Positions 1-9,138 are shown, counted from the first letter of the stretch. The stretch: 64,000 bases of DNA from an uncultured Actinomycetes bacterium (GCA_963755025.1 CAVWIH010000026.1:40775-104774), one strand, 5' to 3'. Made by a program: numbers and translations. The notes: a model not told the origin generated them from the letters alone.

Positions 1-336
1 GTGACCACCCCGGCCGGCACGAGCGCCCTCACCGGCGGCGACACCTACAGCTACCTCCCCGTGGTGCTCGGCCTCAGCTCCTACGTCGGTGACCTCGACG
101 GGGGCGCCACCATCACGATCACCGGCGAAGGCTTCACCGGCGTTACAGCGGTCGCCTTCGGTGTGAACGACCCGGCCACCGACGTCGTCGTCGTCAACGA
201 CACGCACATCACCTGCACCGTGCCCGCCTGGATCCCCCAGATCTCGCAGCACGCGAGTGTGACGGTGACCGGTCCGGCCGGCACGAGCAACGGCGCGTTC
301 GACGGCGTCTCTTACTACTACTACGAGATGGACTGA
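1..336 (+). CDS. IPT/TIG-domain surface protein, C-terminal part (5' end outside window)
   Basis: GGATITITGEGFTGVTAVAFG...ITCTVPAW...VTVTGPAGTSNG is an IPT/TIG repeat and parallels the C-terminus of 799..3000. Confidence 0.85.
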   Translation: MTTPAGTSALTGGDTYSYLPVVLGLSSYVGDLDGGATITITGEGFTGVTAVAFGVNDPATDVVVVNDTHITCTVPAWIPQISQHASVTVTGPAGTSNGAFDGVSYYYYEMD

Positions 337-429
337 CCGGCGCGCCGCACCGGCCCGCACGCTGGACCGGACCAGAGGGGCGACCGGGGCGTTGGACTCA
401 AAGCAGCCGGCGGTCTCACAGGCGCATGA

Positions 430-477
430 GCAAGACGGCGAGGGGGCCCGCGAAAGCGGGCCCCCTCGCCGTCTTGC
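430..477 (+). terminator. Perfect 22-bp GC stem with GAAA tetraloop, likely terminator
   Basis: GCAAGACGGCGAGGGGGCCCGC-GAAA-GCGGGCCCCCTCGCCGTCTTGC downstream of the IPT gene; near-identical hairpin at 3106-3143. Confidence 0.7.
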
Positions 478-617
478 CGCGCTTGTCCGAGCGCCCGAGC
501 GACGCCGTCTGCCGCGCTTGTCCGACGCCCGAGCGACGCCGTCTGCCGCGCTTGTCCGGCGCCCGAGCGACGCCGTCCGCCGCGCCTGTCCGACGCCCGA
601 GCGACGCCGTCTGCCGC
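476..617. repeat. Intergenic tandem repeat, ~4 copies of a 34-bp unit
   Basis: Unit GCCGCGCTTGTCCGACGCCCGAGCGACGCCGTCT repeated head-to-tail without spacers. Confidence 0.9.
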
Positions 618-622
618 CAGAC

Positions 623-705
623 CTGGGTACCCGACCCCACCCTCGCTAGGCAAGCTCCGCACTCTTGTCCCACTCCCTCAACTCCGCTCCCGTACGAGCC
701 GATGA
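623..705 (+). promoter_or_regulatory. Conserved upstream box plus sigma28 (FliA/WhiG)-like promoter
   Basis: TAGGCA-N3-TCCGCACTCTTG (647-667), then TCAA-N16-GCCGATGA (678-705); same architecture at 8103-8186. Confidence 0.6.
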
Positions 706-798
706 GGTTGGTACGACCCCGGCGACTGGGCGCACCTCAGCCATTGGCCTGAACTAGGAGCCGGCGGCAGCCAGACCCCGCGTTCGAGGAGACAGCCC

Positions 799-3000
799 AT
801 GTCCGCAAGCCGCGCAGGCGCCCCGTCGCACCGATCGGCGCCACCGCCGCACCCGGCGGTCGCGCCACCGCACCCCACTGCCACATCGCCGCACCCGGCG
901 GTCGCGCCACCGCACCCGTCTGCCACATCGCCGCACTCGTCCCACCGCCCGCGCGCGGCGCGCTCGCGGGCCGTGCCCCAGCTCGCGCTCGGTCTGATCG
1001 GCTTGGCCCTGGTCGCAGTCTTCCTGGTGGGCATGGCCGCCCCGAGCGCCGCCTTTGCGGCCAACAAGAAGCCCTCCGTCACGAGCCTCAGCCCGGCCAG
1101 TGGCACCACGGCGGGCGGCACCATCGTGACGGTCGACGGCCGCGCCTTCACCAGCTTCGGCCGCAGCCTGGTCACCAAGGTCACGTTCGGCAAGAAGGCG
1201 GCGCGTTACCACGTGAACGCCTATAGCCAGGTGATCTGCACGGCGCCCCCCGGCAAGGGCACCGTGAACGTGATCATCACGACCAAGGGTGGCACCACCG
1301 CCAAGGTGAGCGCCGACCATTACACCTACAAGGCTCCCATCGTGGCGCCGGCCATCACCGCCTTCAGCCTTCCGGTGGACGACGCCACCGTCCACGGCGT
1401 CATCGACCAGAGCGCCCACACCATCGCCGTGACCTTGCCCTACGGCACCAGCGTCACCGCGCTCGTCGCGAGCTTCACCACCACCGGCTCCGCCGTCAAA
1501 GTGGGGGGCGTCGCCCAGGTCAGCGGCGTCACCGCCAACGACTTCAGCGCGCCGGTCATCTATACGGTGAGCGCCGCCGGCGCCCCGTCGCAGAGCTACA
1601 CGGTGACCGTCACCGTCGCGCCCAGTTCGGCCAAGGCGATCACCTCGTTCGGTTTTGCGAACACCGAACCCGGCGTGACCGGCACGATCGACCAGAGCGC
1701 TCACACCATCGCCGTGACCGTTCCCTACGGCACCCCGCTCGACGGACTGGTCGCGAGCTTCACGACCACCGGCGCCGCGGTCAAGGTCGGCGACGTCACC
1801 CAGGTTAGCGGCACGACCCACAACGACTTCAGCGACCCGGTCGTCTACACCGTGACCGCGGCCGACGGCTCGACCCAGGACTACACCGTGAACGTCACGG
1901 TCGCCCTCAACCCAGCCAAGGCGATCACCGCCTTCAGCTTCGACGGCCTCGATCCCGCCGTCACCGGCACGATCGACCAGACCGCGCACGCCATCACGCT
2001 GACACTGCCGTTCGGCGCCAGCACGAGCGGCCTTGTGGCGAGCTTCACGACCAGCGGCGCCTCGGTCGCGGTCGGCGACGTCGCTCAGGTCAGCGGCACC
2101 ACCGCCAACGACTTCAGTGAGTCGCTGGTCTACACGGTGACCGCCGCCGACGGCTCCACGCAGGACTACACGGTGACCGTCACGGTCGCGCTCAACCCCG
2201 CCAAGGCGATCACCGACTTCGACTTCTACGGCCCCGATCTTGCCGTCGGCATGATCGACCAGAGCGACCACAGCATCGCCGTGACGGTGCCGGGCGGCAC
2301 CGACGTGAGCGACCTGGTGGCGAGCTTCACGACCACTGGCGCCTCGGTCGCCGTGGGCGACGTCGCCCAGGTCAGCGGCACGACCGCCAACGACTTCAGC
2401 GACCCCGTCACCTACACGGTGACCGCCGCCGACGGATCCACGCAGGACTACACGGTTACCGTGACCGCCGTGTGGGCGCGTCCCGAGGTCGACGAGATCG
2501 CTCCGTCGAGCGGTCCACTCATCGAGGGTGGGGACGTCGATGTCTTCGGCCGCGGCTTCACCGGCGCCACCGCGGTGCACTTCGGTACGCAGGAGGCCAT
2601 GGACTTCTTCGTGATGGATGACTCGGAGATGATCTGCTTCGCGCCGCCCGCTATGGAGACCGGCAGAGTCGACCTGACTGTGACCTCACCGGCCGGCACG
2701 AGCGCCACCTCGAGCAGCGACCAGTTCACCTACCTGCCCGAGGTCGACCGCGTCAGTCCGAACAGCGGTGACACTGATGGCGGCTACACCGTCACGATCG
2801 AAGGCATGGGTCTCGACGGCGCCACCAACGTCGACTTCGGTGCCAACAACCCGGCCGTCATCACCTACGATGACTATGATGAGATCCAGTGCATCGTGCC
2901 CGCCTGGTTGCCGCAAGACCCCCTGGACTCGCCGGTCACGGTCACCGTCCCGGCGGGCACGAGCAACGGCTGGCTCACGTTCCACTACGAAGCCGACTGA
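799..3000 (+). CDS. Secreted surface protein: IPT/TIG domains flanking four ~90-aa Ig-like (DUF5018-like) repeats
   Basis: RBS GAGGAG; hydrophobic segment ending SAAFA; four repeats AITxFxF...IDQSAHTIAVT...VSGTTANDFS..YTVTAADGSTQDYTV; IPT repeats at both ends. Confidence 0.88.
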   Translation: MSASRAGAPSHRSAPPPHPAVAPPHPTATSPHPAVAPPHPSATSPHSSHRPRAARSRAVPQLALGLIGLALVAVFLVGMAAPSAAFAANKKPSVTSLSPASGTTAGGTIVTVDGRAFTSFGRSLVTKVTFGKKAARYHVNAYSQVICTAPPGKGTVNVIITTKGGTTAKVSADHYTYKAPIVAPAITAFSLPVDDATVHGVIDQSAHTIAVTLPYGTSVTALVASFTTTGSAVKVGGVAQVSGVTANDFSAPVIYTVSAAGAPSQSYTVTVTVAPSSAKAITSFGFANTEPGVTGTIDQSAHTIAVTVPYGTPLDGLVASFTTTGAAVKVGDVTQVSGTTHNDFSDPVVYTVTAADGSTQDYTVNVTVALNPAKAITAFSFDGLDPAVTGTIDQTAHAITLTLPFGASTSGLVASFTTSGASVAVGDVAQVSGTTANDFSESLVYTVTAADGSTQDYTVTVTVALNPAKAITDFDFYGPDLAVGMIDQSDHSIAVTVPGGTDVSDLVASFTTTGASVAVGDVAQVSGTTANDFSDPVTYTVTAADGSTQDYTVTVTAVWARPEVDEIAPSSGPLIEGGDVDVFGRGFTGATAVHFGTQEAMDFFVMDDSEMICFAPPAMETGRVDLTVTSPAGTSATSSSDQFTYLPEVDRVSPNSGDTDGGYTVTIEGMGLDGATNVDFGANNPAVITYDDYDEIQCIVPAWLPQDPLDSPVTVTVPAGTSNGWLTFHYEAD

Positions 3001-3105
3001 GCTCTGCGTCGGGCTGGACCTGCGCAGAGGGCCGGCCCTGCGCGTCGGGCCCACCTTGCGCGTCGGGCCGGGTGGGCCGACGGTCTCACAAGCGGCGCGC
3101 GTACG

Positions 3106-3143
3106 AACGGCGAGGGGCCCGCGAAAGCGGGCCCCTCGCCGTT
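3106..3143. terminator. GAAA-loop hairpin between convergent genes
   Basis: AACGGCGAGGGGCCCGC-GAAA-GCGGGCCCCTCGCCGTT. Confidence 0.7.
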
Positions 3144-3214
3144 GTCTTCGCTCGGCTCACATCGCGCGGCGCTCCGCGCCGGGCGGCCGACCCCGCGCCC
3201 GCGCGGGGCGCGCG

Positions 3215-4426
3215 CTACCTCACCGAGAACGTCTTCATCGCGGACTTGCAGGCCGTGCAGCCCTTCGTGCTCGAGTAGGTCACCTGCATCTCCCACGCGC
3301 CCGCGTAGGCGAGCTTGCCCGAGGCGGTGAGCTTGCCCGACGAGCTCGCCCTCATCGTCAGCGTGCTGCGCAGGTGCCAGAACAGTACCTTCTTGCCGTT
3401 CACCGTCTTGGTCTCGCGGTGCCAGAGACGCAGTCTCGACGTGCCTTTGGCGGCCGCGGCGGGCGGCGTCAGCGTGGCCGCGAAGGCGAGCTTCTTGCCG
3501 TGGGTCAGCCGGGCCCCCTTGGCGGCGGACACGCTCGGCCTGGTGAGGCTCGTCGAGACCAGAAGGTTCATGGTGATCGGCGACGCCGTGTTCGACTCGA
3601 CCTCGAAGTGCCCCACGCCCTTCCCAGTCGACTGGCCGGCGTCGTCGACGCCCGCCTTGTAGGGCACGCCGCCGAGCCAGACCTTGGCGTAGCCGTCTTC
3701 GTCGAACAGCAGGGTGTACCAGCTGTCGGTCGCCAACGTGGGGTCGGCGGAGTAGGTGAACCGGCCGTTCGCGTCGGTCGTGACCTGGTTCTCGTCGATG
3801 GGCGTGTCGCCCACCGTCACCTTGTCGTAGTGGAAGATCGACACCGTGACGTTCTGAAGCGGCAGGCCGGTGCTCGCGTCGAGCACGGTGCCGTCGATGG
3901 TGCCGGCGTAGGGTTCGAGGACGGCGTCGACGCCGGTCTTGTAGATGCCGGTCGGGGCGACGGCGAAGCTCGACGCGATCTCCTGCGCCTGCCAGTCCCA
4001 CTGCCAGATGTCCGCCTGGGCGAAGAAGCCTTCGGCGTTGTCGTACCACTGCGGCCGGTAGATCGTGTCGACCCCCACGGTGGGGGCCCAGAACAGCACG
4101 GCGTAGGTGCCTTCGTAGCCGGGATCGTTCTGGTCGGGGGGTCCCCAATAGCCCGTGTCGTAGGAGAGTGTGTAGTCGCCGTCGATGTCGGTGTACTCGT
4201 CGTCGGCGGCGAACCAGGGGTCGTCCGCGTCGGGGGTGATCGTGTTGCGATAGAGGATCACGTGCACGTCCTGGAGCGGCGCGCCGGAGCCGTCGGTGAC
4301 CTGGCCGGAGACGTGGAAGGGGGGAATGGTGTCGGCGCGGGCCTGGCCCGCCCAGACCGCCATGGCGGCCGCGCCGGCGACCACCAGCGCGACGCACAGG
4401 AGCAAATGCATGCGGTTGCCGATCAT
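3215..4426 (-). CDS. Secreted protein with two carboxypeptidase-regulatory-like (Cna-B type) domains and a basic C-terminal domain
   Basis: Signal peptide ending ARA-D; VSGQVTDGSGAPLQDVHV and IDGTVLDASTGLPLQNVTV repeats. Confidence 0.75.
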   Translation of the reverse strand: MIGNRMHLLLCVALVVAGAAAMAVWAGQARADTIPPFHVSGQVTDGSGAPLQDVHVILYRNTITPDADDPWFAADDEYTDIDGDYTLSYDTGYWGPPDQNDPGYEGTYAVLFWAPTVGVDTIYRPQWYDNAEGFFAQADIWQWDWQAQEIASSFAVAPTGIYKTGVDAVLEPYAGTIDGTVLDASTGLPLQNVTVSIFHYDKVTVGDTPIDENQVTTDANGRFTYSADPTLATDSWYTLLFDEDGYAKVWLGGVPYKAGVDDAGQSTGKGVGHFEVESNTASPITMNLLVSTSLTRPSVSAAKGARLTHGKKLAFAATLTPPAAAAKGTSRLRLWHRETKTVNGKKVLFWHLRSTLTMRASSSGKLTASGKLAYAGAWEMQVTYSSTKGCTACKSAMKTFSVR

Positions 4427-4639
4427 CTTGAACCCCCCAGTCCTGGACCCGATTGACCCTGCTCGAGTCGGCCCCTGCCTCAGAGAGATCCTGAAGCGAA
4501 AGGCCCTACGATAATGACCATCTTATGTGAGCAGGGAGCGCGGGCGCCAGCGGTCGCCCGGCGGGCCTGACGCACCGGCTCGACAAGCCCATCGCGCCGG
4601 CCGTATCGTGGAAGGCCTGCTACGAAAGGCGTGTCTGGC

Positions 4640-7600
4640 ATGTCCCGCTTGCTCTACCGACTCGGCGCCTGGTGCGCGCGGCGCAAGGTCGTCGTCTTTC
4701 TGGCTTGGCTGGCGGTCATCGCCCTGGTGGCGGCCGGCGTGGTCGCCTTTGGGCTGCGCACCAACAACGACGTCACTCTGCCGGGCACCGGCGCCCAGCA
4801 CGCCTCCGACATCCTGCGCCAGAGCTTTCCGCCCCAGCAGAACAGCCAGAGCCCGGTCGTCTTTCACGCAACGCAGGGCAAGGTCACCGACGCCGGCAAC
4901 AAGCGCGCCATCGAGAGCTCGCTCGCCGCCATCGCGCACGCCGGCCACGTGGCCACTGTCACGAGCCCCTTCTCGCCGCGCGCCGGCAAGCCGCAGGTGA
5001 GCGCCGACGGCACCACGGCCGTCGCCGAGGTGCTGCTCGACGTCAACGGCTTTCAGCTCACCAAGCAGGTCGCCGCCAGCGTGATGGCCGGCGCCGACCC
5101 GGCGCGCAAGGCCGGCCTGCAGGTCGAGGCCGGCGGGTCGCTGGGCACCGTGATCTCGCAGACCAAGCCGCGCGGCAGCGAGCTGATCGGTACCGTGGCG
5201 GCGGTCATCATCCTGGCCTTCACCTTCGGCTCGCTGGTCGCCGCCGGGCTGCCGCTGGTGACCGCCCTGATCGGGCTGGGGATAGGGCTGGGCCTCGTCG
5301 GCCTGCTCGGCCACCTCGTCGCCATTCCCGACTCGGGGCCCACCGTGGCGGCCATGATCGGCCTGGGCGTGGGCATCGACTACGCGCTCTTCATCGTCTT
5401 TCGCCACCGCGACGAGCTCGCCGCCGGCACGCCGGTCGCCGAGTCGATCGCGCGCACCATGGCGACCTCGGGCAGCGCCGTGGTGTTCGCCGGCTGCACG
5501 GTCATCATCGCGCTGCTCGCCTTGCTCGTGTCGCGCGTGCCGCTGCTGGGGGCGATGGGCTACGCCGCCGGCATCGCCGTGCTGGTGGCGGTGCTGGCCG
5601 CGATCACGCTGCTGCCCGCCCTGCTCTCGCTGCTCGGCCACCGCATCGACGGGCTGCGGCTCGGCGGGCGCCGGGCCGCTGTGCGGCAGGGCGCCGGGGC
5701 GGCGACGGTCGCCGCCGGGGCGGCGGGGGAGGCCGATGCGCAGACCGCCGCTACGGCGGCGGGGGAGACTGGTGCGCAGCCTGCCGCGCGTTCGGGCGCC
5801 GACAACGTCTGGGGGCGCTGGGCGGCGCTCGTCACCCGGCACCCGTGGCTGGCCCTCGGCGCCGCCCTGCTCGTCATGGTGCCGCTGGCGCTGCCCACGC
5901 TCACCCTCAAGCTCGGTCAAGAGGACGTGGGCGTGACGCCCACCTCGACCACGCAGCGCCGCGCCTTCGACCTGGTCTCCTCGGCCCTCGGCCCGGGCGC
6001 CAACGGCCCGCTGGCGATCGCCTCGCGGTTCGACCCGGTGGCCACGCCCAGCACCGAGTACACCACTGACAACAACAAGGCGCAGGCCCTCAAGCGCCAG
6101 ATCGACGCCGGCCGGCGCAGCCTGAGCGCGAAGAGCGCGGCGCTCAAGAAAGAGCACGCCGCGCTGACCGCCGACCAGGCCGCGCTGCAGGCGCAGTCGG
6201 CGCAGCTGCACGCCGGCCAGAGCGCGCTGCAGTCACAGGCGGCCGCCTTGCAGGCACAGAGATCGCAGTTACTCGGCGAGGAGGCGGCTCTGACGGCAAG
6301 AAAGGATCGCCTCGCCGCCGAGTCGCAGGCCCTGGCCGCCAGGGGCAAGGCGCTGGCCGCGCAGATCGCCGCCGTGCAGCAGCAGATCGCCGCCTCGAGC
6401 GACCCGGCGCAGGTAGCGCAGCTCGAGGCGCAGCTCGCCGCGCTCGCGGCGCAGGCCCAATCGGTCCAGGCGCAGAGCGCGGCGCTGCAGAAGCAGGCGG
6501 CGCCGCTGGTCGCCCAGGGCAAGCGGCTCGCCGCTCAGGGCGACGCGCTCGCTGCGCAGGGCGATACGCTCAGCGCGCAGGGCGCGGCGCTGCAGGCCAA
6601 GGCGAACGACCTCGCGGCTCAGGGCGCGGCGCTGAAGCGCCGCGCCGCCAGCCTCACGAGCCGGGCCGACCAGCTCCGCCAGGAGCAGCGCCGTCTCACC
6701 GCCCAGGGCAAGCAGGCCGAGGCGCTCAAGAAGAAGCTCACGGCTATGCTCACCAAGGCGGGCGGCGAGGCGCGCGCCACCGACCCGCGCGTGGTGGCGC
6801 TGCAGGACGCGCTGGCGCGCACGGCCGGCGTGGCCTCGGTCTCCCCGCCGCGCGTCGACAAGGGCGGCGACGCCGTCATGCTCGGCGTCACCGCCACGAC
6901 GCGCCCGGCCGACCCCAAGACGGTCGCCCTCGTGCGGCGCCTGCGCGACACTGTGATCCCGGCGGCCACCAAGGGCCAGGGCGTGACCGCCTACGTGGGC
7001 GGCAAGACGGCGGCCTTCGTCGACCTGGCGACGCTCATCGGCGCGCGCCTGCCGCTCGTGATCGCCACCGTGCTGGCGCTGAGCTTTCTCGTGCTGCTGC
7101 TCGCCTTTCGCTCGCTGCTCGTGCCGCTCAAGGCGATCCTCTGCAACCTGCTCGCGGTCGCCGCGGCCTTCGGCATCATCACGGCCGTCTTTCAGTGGGG
7201 CTGGGGGCTGAGCCTGGTCGGCCTGGCCAACCCCTACGGCACCGTGCCGATCGTGAGCTACGTGCCGCTGCTCATGTTCGCCGTGCTGTTCGGCATGTCG
7301 ACCGACTACGAGGTCTTTCTCATCAGCCAGATCTTTCAGTTCCACGCGGCGGGGCAGGGGCCGCACGAGGCGGTGCGCTCCGGCGTGGGCACGAGCGCCC
7401 GGGTGATCACCGCCGCGGCCGCGATCATGGTGACGGTCTTCGCCAGCTTCGTCTTGAACGGCGACCCGGTGATCAAGGAGTTCGGCGTGGGCCTGTCGAT
7501 CGCCATCCTGCTCGACGCCACCATCGTGCGCCTGGTCATCGTGCCGGCCACCATGGTGCTGCTCGGCGAGTGGAACTGGTACCTGCCGCGCTGGCTGCAG

Positions 7601-7687
7601 TGGCTGCCGCGCATCGACCTGCCGCAAGAGGCGCCGGCCGGCGGCGCCGGCGAGGCGCCGGCCGGCGAAGCCGCGCCGGCGGGGTGA
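4640..7687 (+). CDS. MMPL/RND-family transporter with a long coiled-coil insertion
   Basis: MIGLGVGIDYALF and LFGMSTDYEVFL motifs in the two halves; Ala/Gln/Leu heptad region at ~6070-6760. Confidence 0.92.
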   Translation: MSRLLYRLGAWCARRKVVVFLAWLAVIALVAAGVVAFGLRTNNDVTLPGTGAQHASDILRQSFPPQQNSQSPVVFHATQGKVTDAGNKRAIESSLAAIAHAGHVATVTSPFSPRAGKPQVSADGTTAVAEVLLDVNGFQLTKQVAASVMAGADPARKAGLQVEAGGSLGTVISQTKPRGSELIGTVAAVIILAFTFGSLVAAGLPLVTALIGLGIGLGLVGLLGHLVAIPDSGPTVAAMIGLGVGIDYALFIVFRHRDELAAGTPVAESIARTMATSGSAVVFAGCTVIIALLALLVSRVPLLGAMGYAAGIAVLVAVLAAITLLPALLSLLGHRIDGLRLGGRRAAVRQGAGAATVAAGAAGEADAQTAATAAGETGAQPAARSGADNVWGRWAALVTRHPWLALGAALLVMVPLALPTLTLKLGQEDVGVTPTSTTQRRAFDLVSSALGPGANGPLAIASRFDPVATPSTEYTTDNNKAQALKRQIDAGRRSLSAKSAALKKEHAALTADQAALQAQSAQLHAGQSALQSQAAALQAQRSQLLGEEAALTARKDRLAAESQALAARGKALAAQIAAVQQQIAASSDPAQVAQLEAQLAALAAQAQSVQAQSAALQKQAAPLVAQGKRLAAQGDALAAQGDTLSAQGAALQAKANDLAAQGAALKRRAASLTSRADQLRQEQRRLTAQGKQAEALKKKLTAMLTKAGGEARATDPRVVALQDALARTAGVASVSPPRVDKGGDAVMLGVTATTRPADPKTVALVRRLRDTVIPAATKGQGVTAYVGGKTAAFVDLATLIGARLPLVIATVLALSFLVLLLAFRSLLVPLKAILCNLLAVAAAFGIITAVFQWGWGLSLVGLANPYGTVPIVSYVPLLMFAVLFGMSTDYEVFLISQIFQFHAAGQGPHEAVRSGVGTSARVITAAAAIMVTVFASFVLNGDPVIKEFGVGLSIAILLDATIVRLVIVPATMVLLGEWNWYLPRWLQWLPRIDLPQEAPAGGAGEAPAGEAAPAG

Positions 7688-7733
7688 GCGCCCCACCCCG
7701 CGTAGGCAGCGTCCGCACACTTGCTGGCGGTCC

Positions 7734-7992
7734 CTGAGCGCGGAGTCCGGGGGCAAAGGCGGCGGCGATCTCATCACCATCACTGGGGCGGGCTTTACGG
7801 GCGCCACCGAGGTCGACGTTGGCGCGGGCAACCCGGCCGGCGATGTGAGCGTCGACTCCGATTCGCAGATCACCTGCACCGTCCCCGCCTGGGACCCGAG
7901 CGGCACCGAGCTTCCGTACGTGACGGTGACGGTCCCGGCCGGCACGAGCGGGGGCGCTCGACGGCGTCACCTACCACTACCTGAGGCGCTGA
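7734..7992 (+). pseudogene. Isolated IPT/TIG C-terminal domain remnant
   Basis: GGGDLITITGAGFTGATEVDVG...ITCTVPAW...VTVPAGTS matches the C-termini of the two IPT genes; no in-frame start ahead of the domain. Confidence 0.7.
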
Positions 7993-8102
7993 CCGGCGGC
8001 GGTGAGCGGCCGGAGCGCGCGAAGCGTGACGCGCGCGCGGAGCGCTCTCGCGCCGCCCGATCGGTCGCAGGCGACGCCGGCAGCGCGGACCAGGCGCCCC
8101 CG

Positions 8103-8186
8103 CTGGGTACTGCGCCCCAGCCCTGCTAGGCACCCTCGGCACACTTGCTCTGGGGCCGTTAACTCCGGCCTGGCGGGGGTCGATAG
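8103..8186 (+). promoter_or_regulatory. Conserved upstream box plus sigma28-like promoter
   Basis: TAGGCA-N3-TCGGCACACTTG (8127-8147), then TTAA-N16-GTCGATAG (8159-8186). Confidence 0.6.
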
Positions 8187-8275
8187 CTTCAAGTAGACCC
8201 CGGCAAGGGGACGGATCGGCCGCTTGGCAGACCCGCGCGGTTCGAAGCCGGGAGCTAAGCGGCAGGAGGCAGATC

Positions 8276-8636
8276 GTGGGCGAGCAAGACGTGGGGCGGG
8301 CGGGCCGGCACACGGTACCGGCAGCGCCGCGGCTCACTCGTTTGGGCGCTCGCGAGGGCGCGTCGTTGGCACGGTCGGGTTCGCGCCGGCCGTCGTCGTC
8401 GCCCTTCGGCTTTCATGTAGAGGCCCCGGCGTTGCCGGGCGCCGGTGAGGTCGTGGCGTGGCTGCCGGGAACCGACGAGCTCGCGCCGTCGCTGTTCGGC
8501 GCCGCGGAGCTCGAGCCGGCTTCGCCGGGCGACCCGAAGACGCGCCCTGTCGCGTATAGCGTCGCTGTTCACCGCGGGCCTGCTCGGTGTCGTCGTGGCG
8601 CTCCTGTTCGTGCTCGCCGCGGCCGCGCCGCGATGA
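8276..8636 (+). CDS. Small hypothetical protein with C-terminal TM helix (one apparent frameshift near 8540-8570)
   Basis: AGGAGG RBS before GTG 8276; continues in another frame as IASLFTAGLLGVVVALLFVLAAAAPR*. Confidence 0.45.
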
Positions 8637-8655
8637 CCGTGTCGTTACAGCAGAA

Positions 8656-8705
8656 CGTCGCCGAAACGACGCCCGCGGTGGTACCCGCGGGCGTCGTCGG
8701 CGACG
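8656..8705. terminator. Hairpin between convergent transcription units
   Basis: ACGACGCCCGCGG-TGGTAC-CCGCGGGCGTCGT with outer CGTCGCCG/CGGCGACG pairing. Confidence 0.6.
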
Positions 8706-8776
8706 CCTGCTTGTGCGCCCGTCTGGCGGGCGGCTACGTCAGCGCGATCGAGCGCGCACGACTTAGCGGGAGTCGG

Positions 8777-8869
8777 TCAGTCCCACTTCCACCACGCGCC
8801 GCTGGCGACGGCCAGGGCGACGACGAGCGCCAGGCCGATCACGACTCTGCTGTACATGAACCTTTTCAT
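8777..8869 (-). CDS. 30-aa peptide MKRFMYSRVVIGLALVVALAVASGAWWKWD
   Basis: Translated by hand (below the ORF-track cutoff); purine-rich RBS GAGAGAGGGAAC-ATG; paralogous to the adjacent peptide. Confidence 0.75.
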   Translation of the reverse strand: MKRFMYSRVVIGLALVVALAVASGAWWKWD

Positions 8870-8923
8870 GTTCCCTCTCTCTCGTTCACAGTTCCGCTGT
8901 GCGCCTTGGGCTGCAGCCGTGGT

Positions 8924-9019
8924 TCAGCACCACTTCTTGGCCGCGCCACTCGCCAGGGCGATCGACGCGATCAGCGCCACCATCCCGAGCCTCGGGTACT
9001 TGCCGTACAAGACTTTCAT
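8924..9019 (-). CDS. 31-aa peptide MKVLYGKYPRLGMVALIASIALASGAAKKWC
   Basis: Strong RBS GGAGGTTGAG-ATG; shares the LA(V)ASGA-xxKWx ending with 8777..8869. Confidence 0.78.
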   Translation of the reverse strand: MKVLYGKYPRLGMVALIASIALASGAAKKWC

Positions 9020-9110
9020 CTCAACCTCCCTTCGGTGACCCTTCCTGCTTGACCCTGTCACCACGCGCCGGGTCTGCGCGCCGAGCATCGACTGGTCCCA
9101 CCGCTTCTCT

Positions 9111-9138
9111 ATATCGGCATCGCCTCTGTCGGACTTCA
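9111..9138 (-). promoter_or_regulatory. sigma28/SigD-like promoter for the peptide genes
   Basis: Minus strand TGAA-N16-GCCGATAT, about 90 bp upstream of ATG 9019. Confidence 0.6.

Noticed and set aside
476-617. Possible CRISPR array (34-bp repeats)
   Set aside because: Units are contiguous with no unique spacers, and there are no cas genes in the window
754-2580. Long antisense and alternate-frame ORFs (also 14089-16443, 4523-6211 and others)
   Set aside because: Shadow ORFs caused by high GC3 opposite well-supported genes
8127-8148. sigma54 promoter reading of GGCAC...TTGC
   Set aside because: GG-to-GC spacing does not fit the required -24/-12 geometry
8139-8293. Possible 6S or other ncRNA (long imperfect stem CCGTTAACTCCGGC/GCCGGGAGCTAAGCGG)
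   Set aside because: The 5' arm coincides with the predicted promoter and the 3' arm with the RBS/start; no family motif recognised; such pairing is easy in GC-rich DNA
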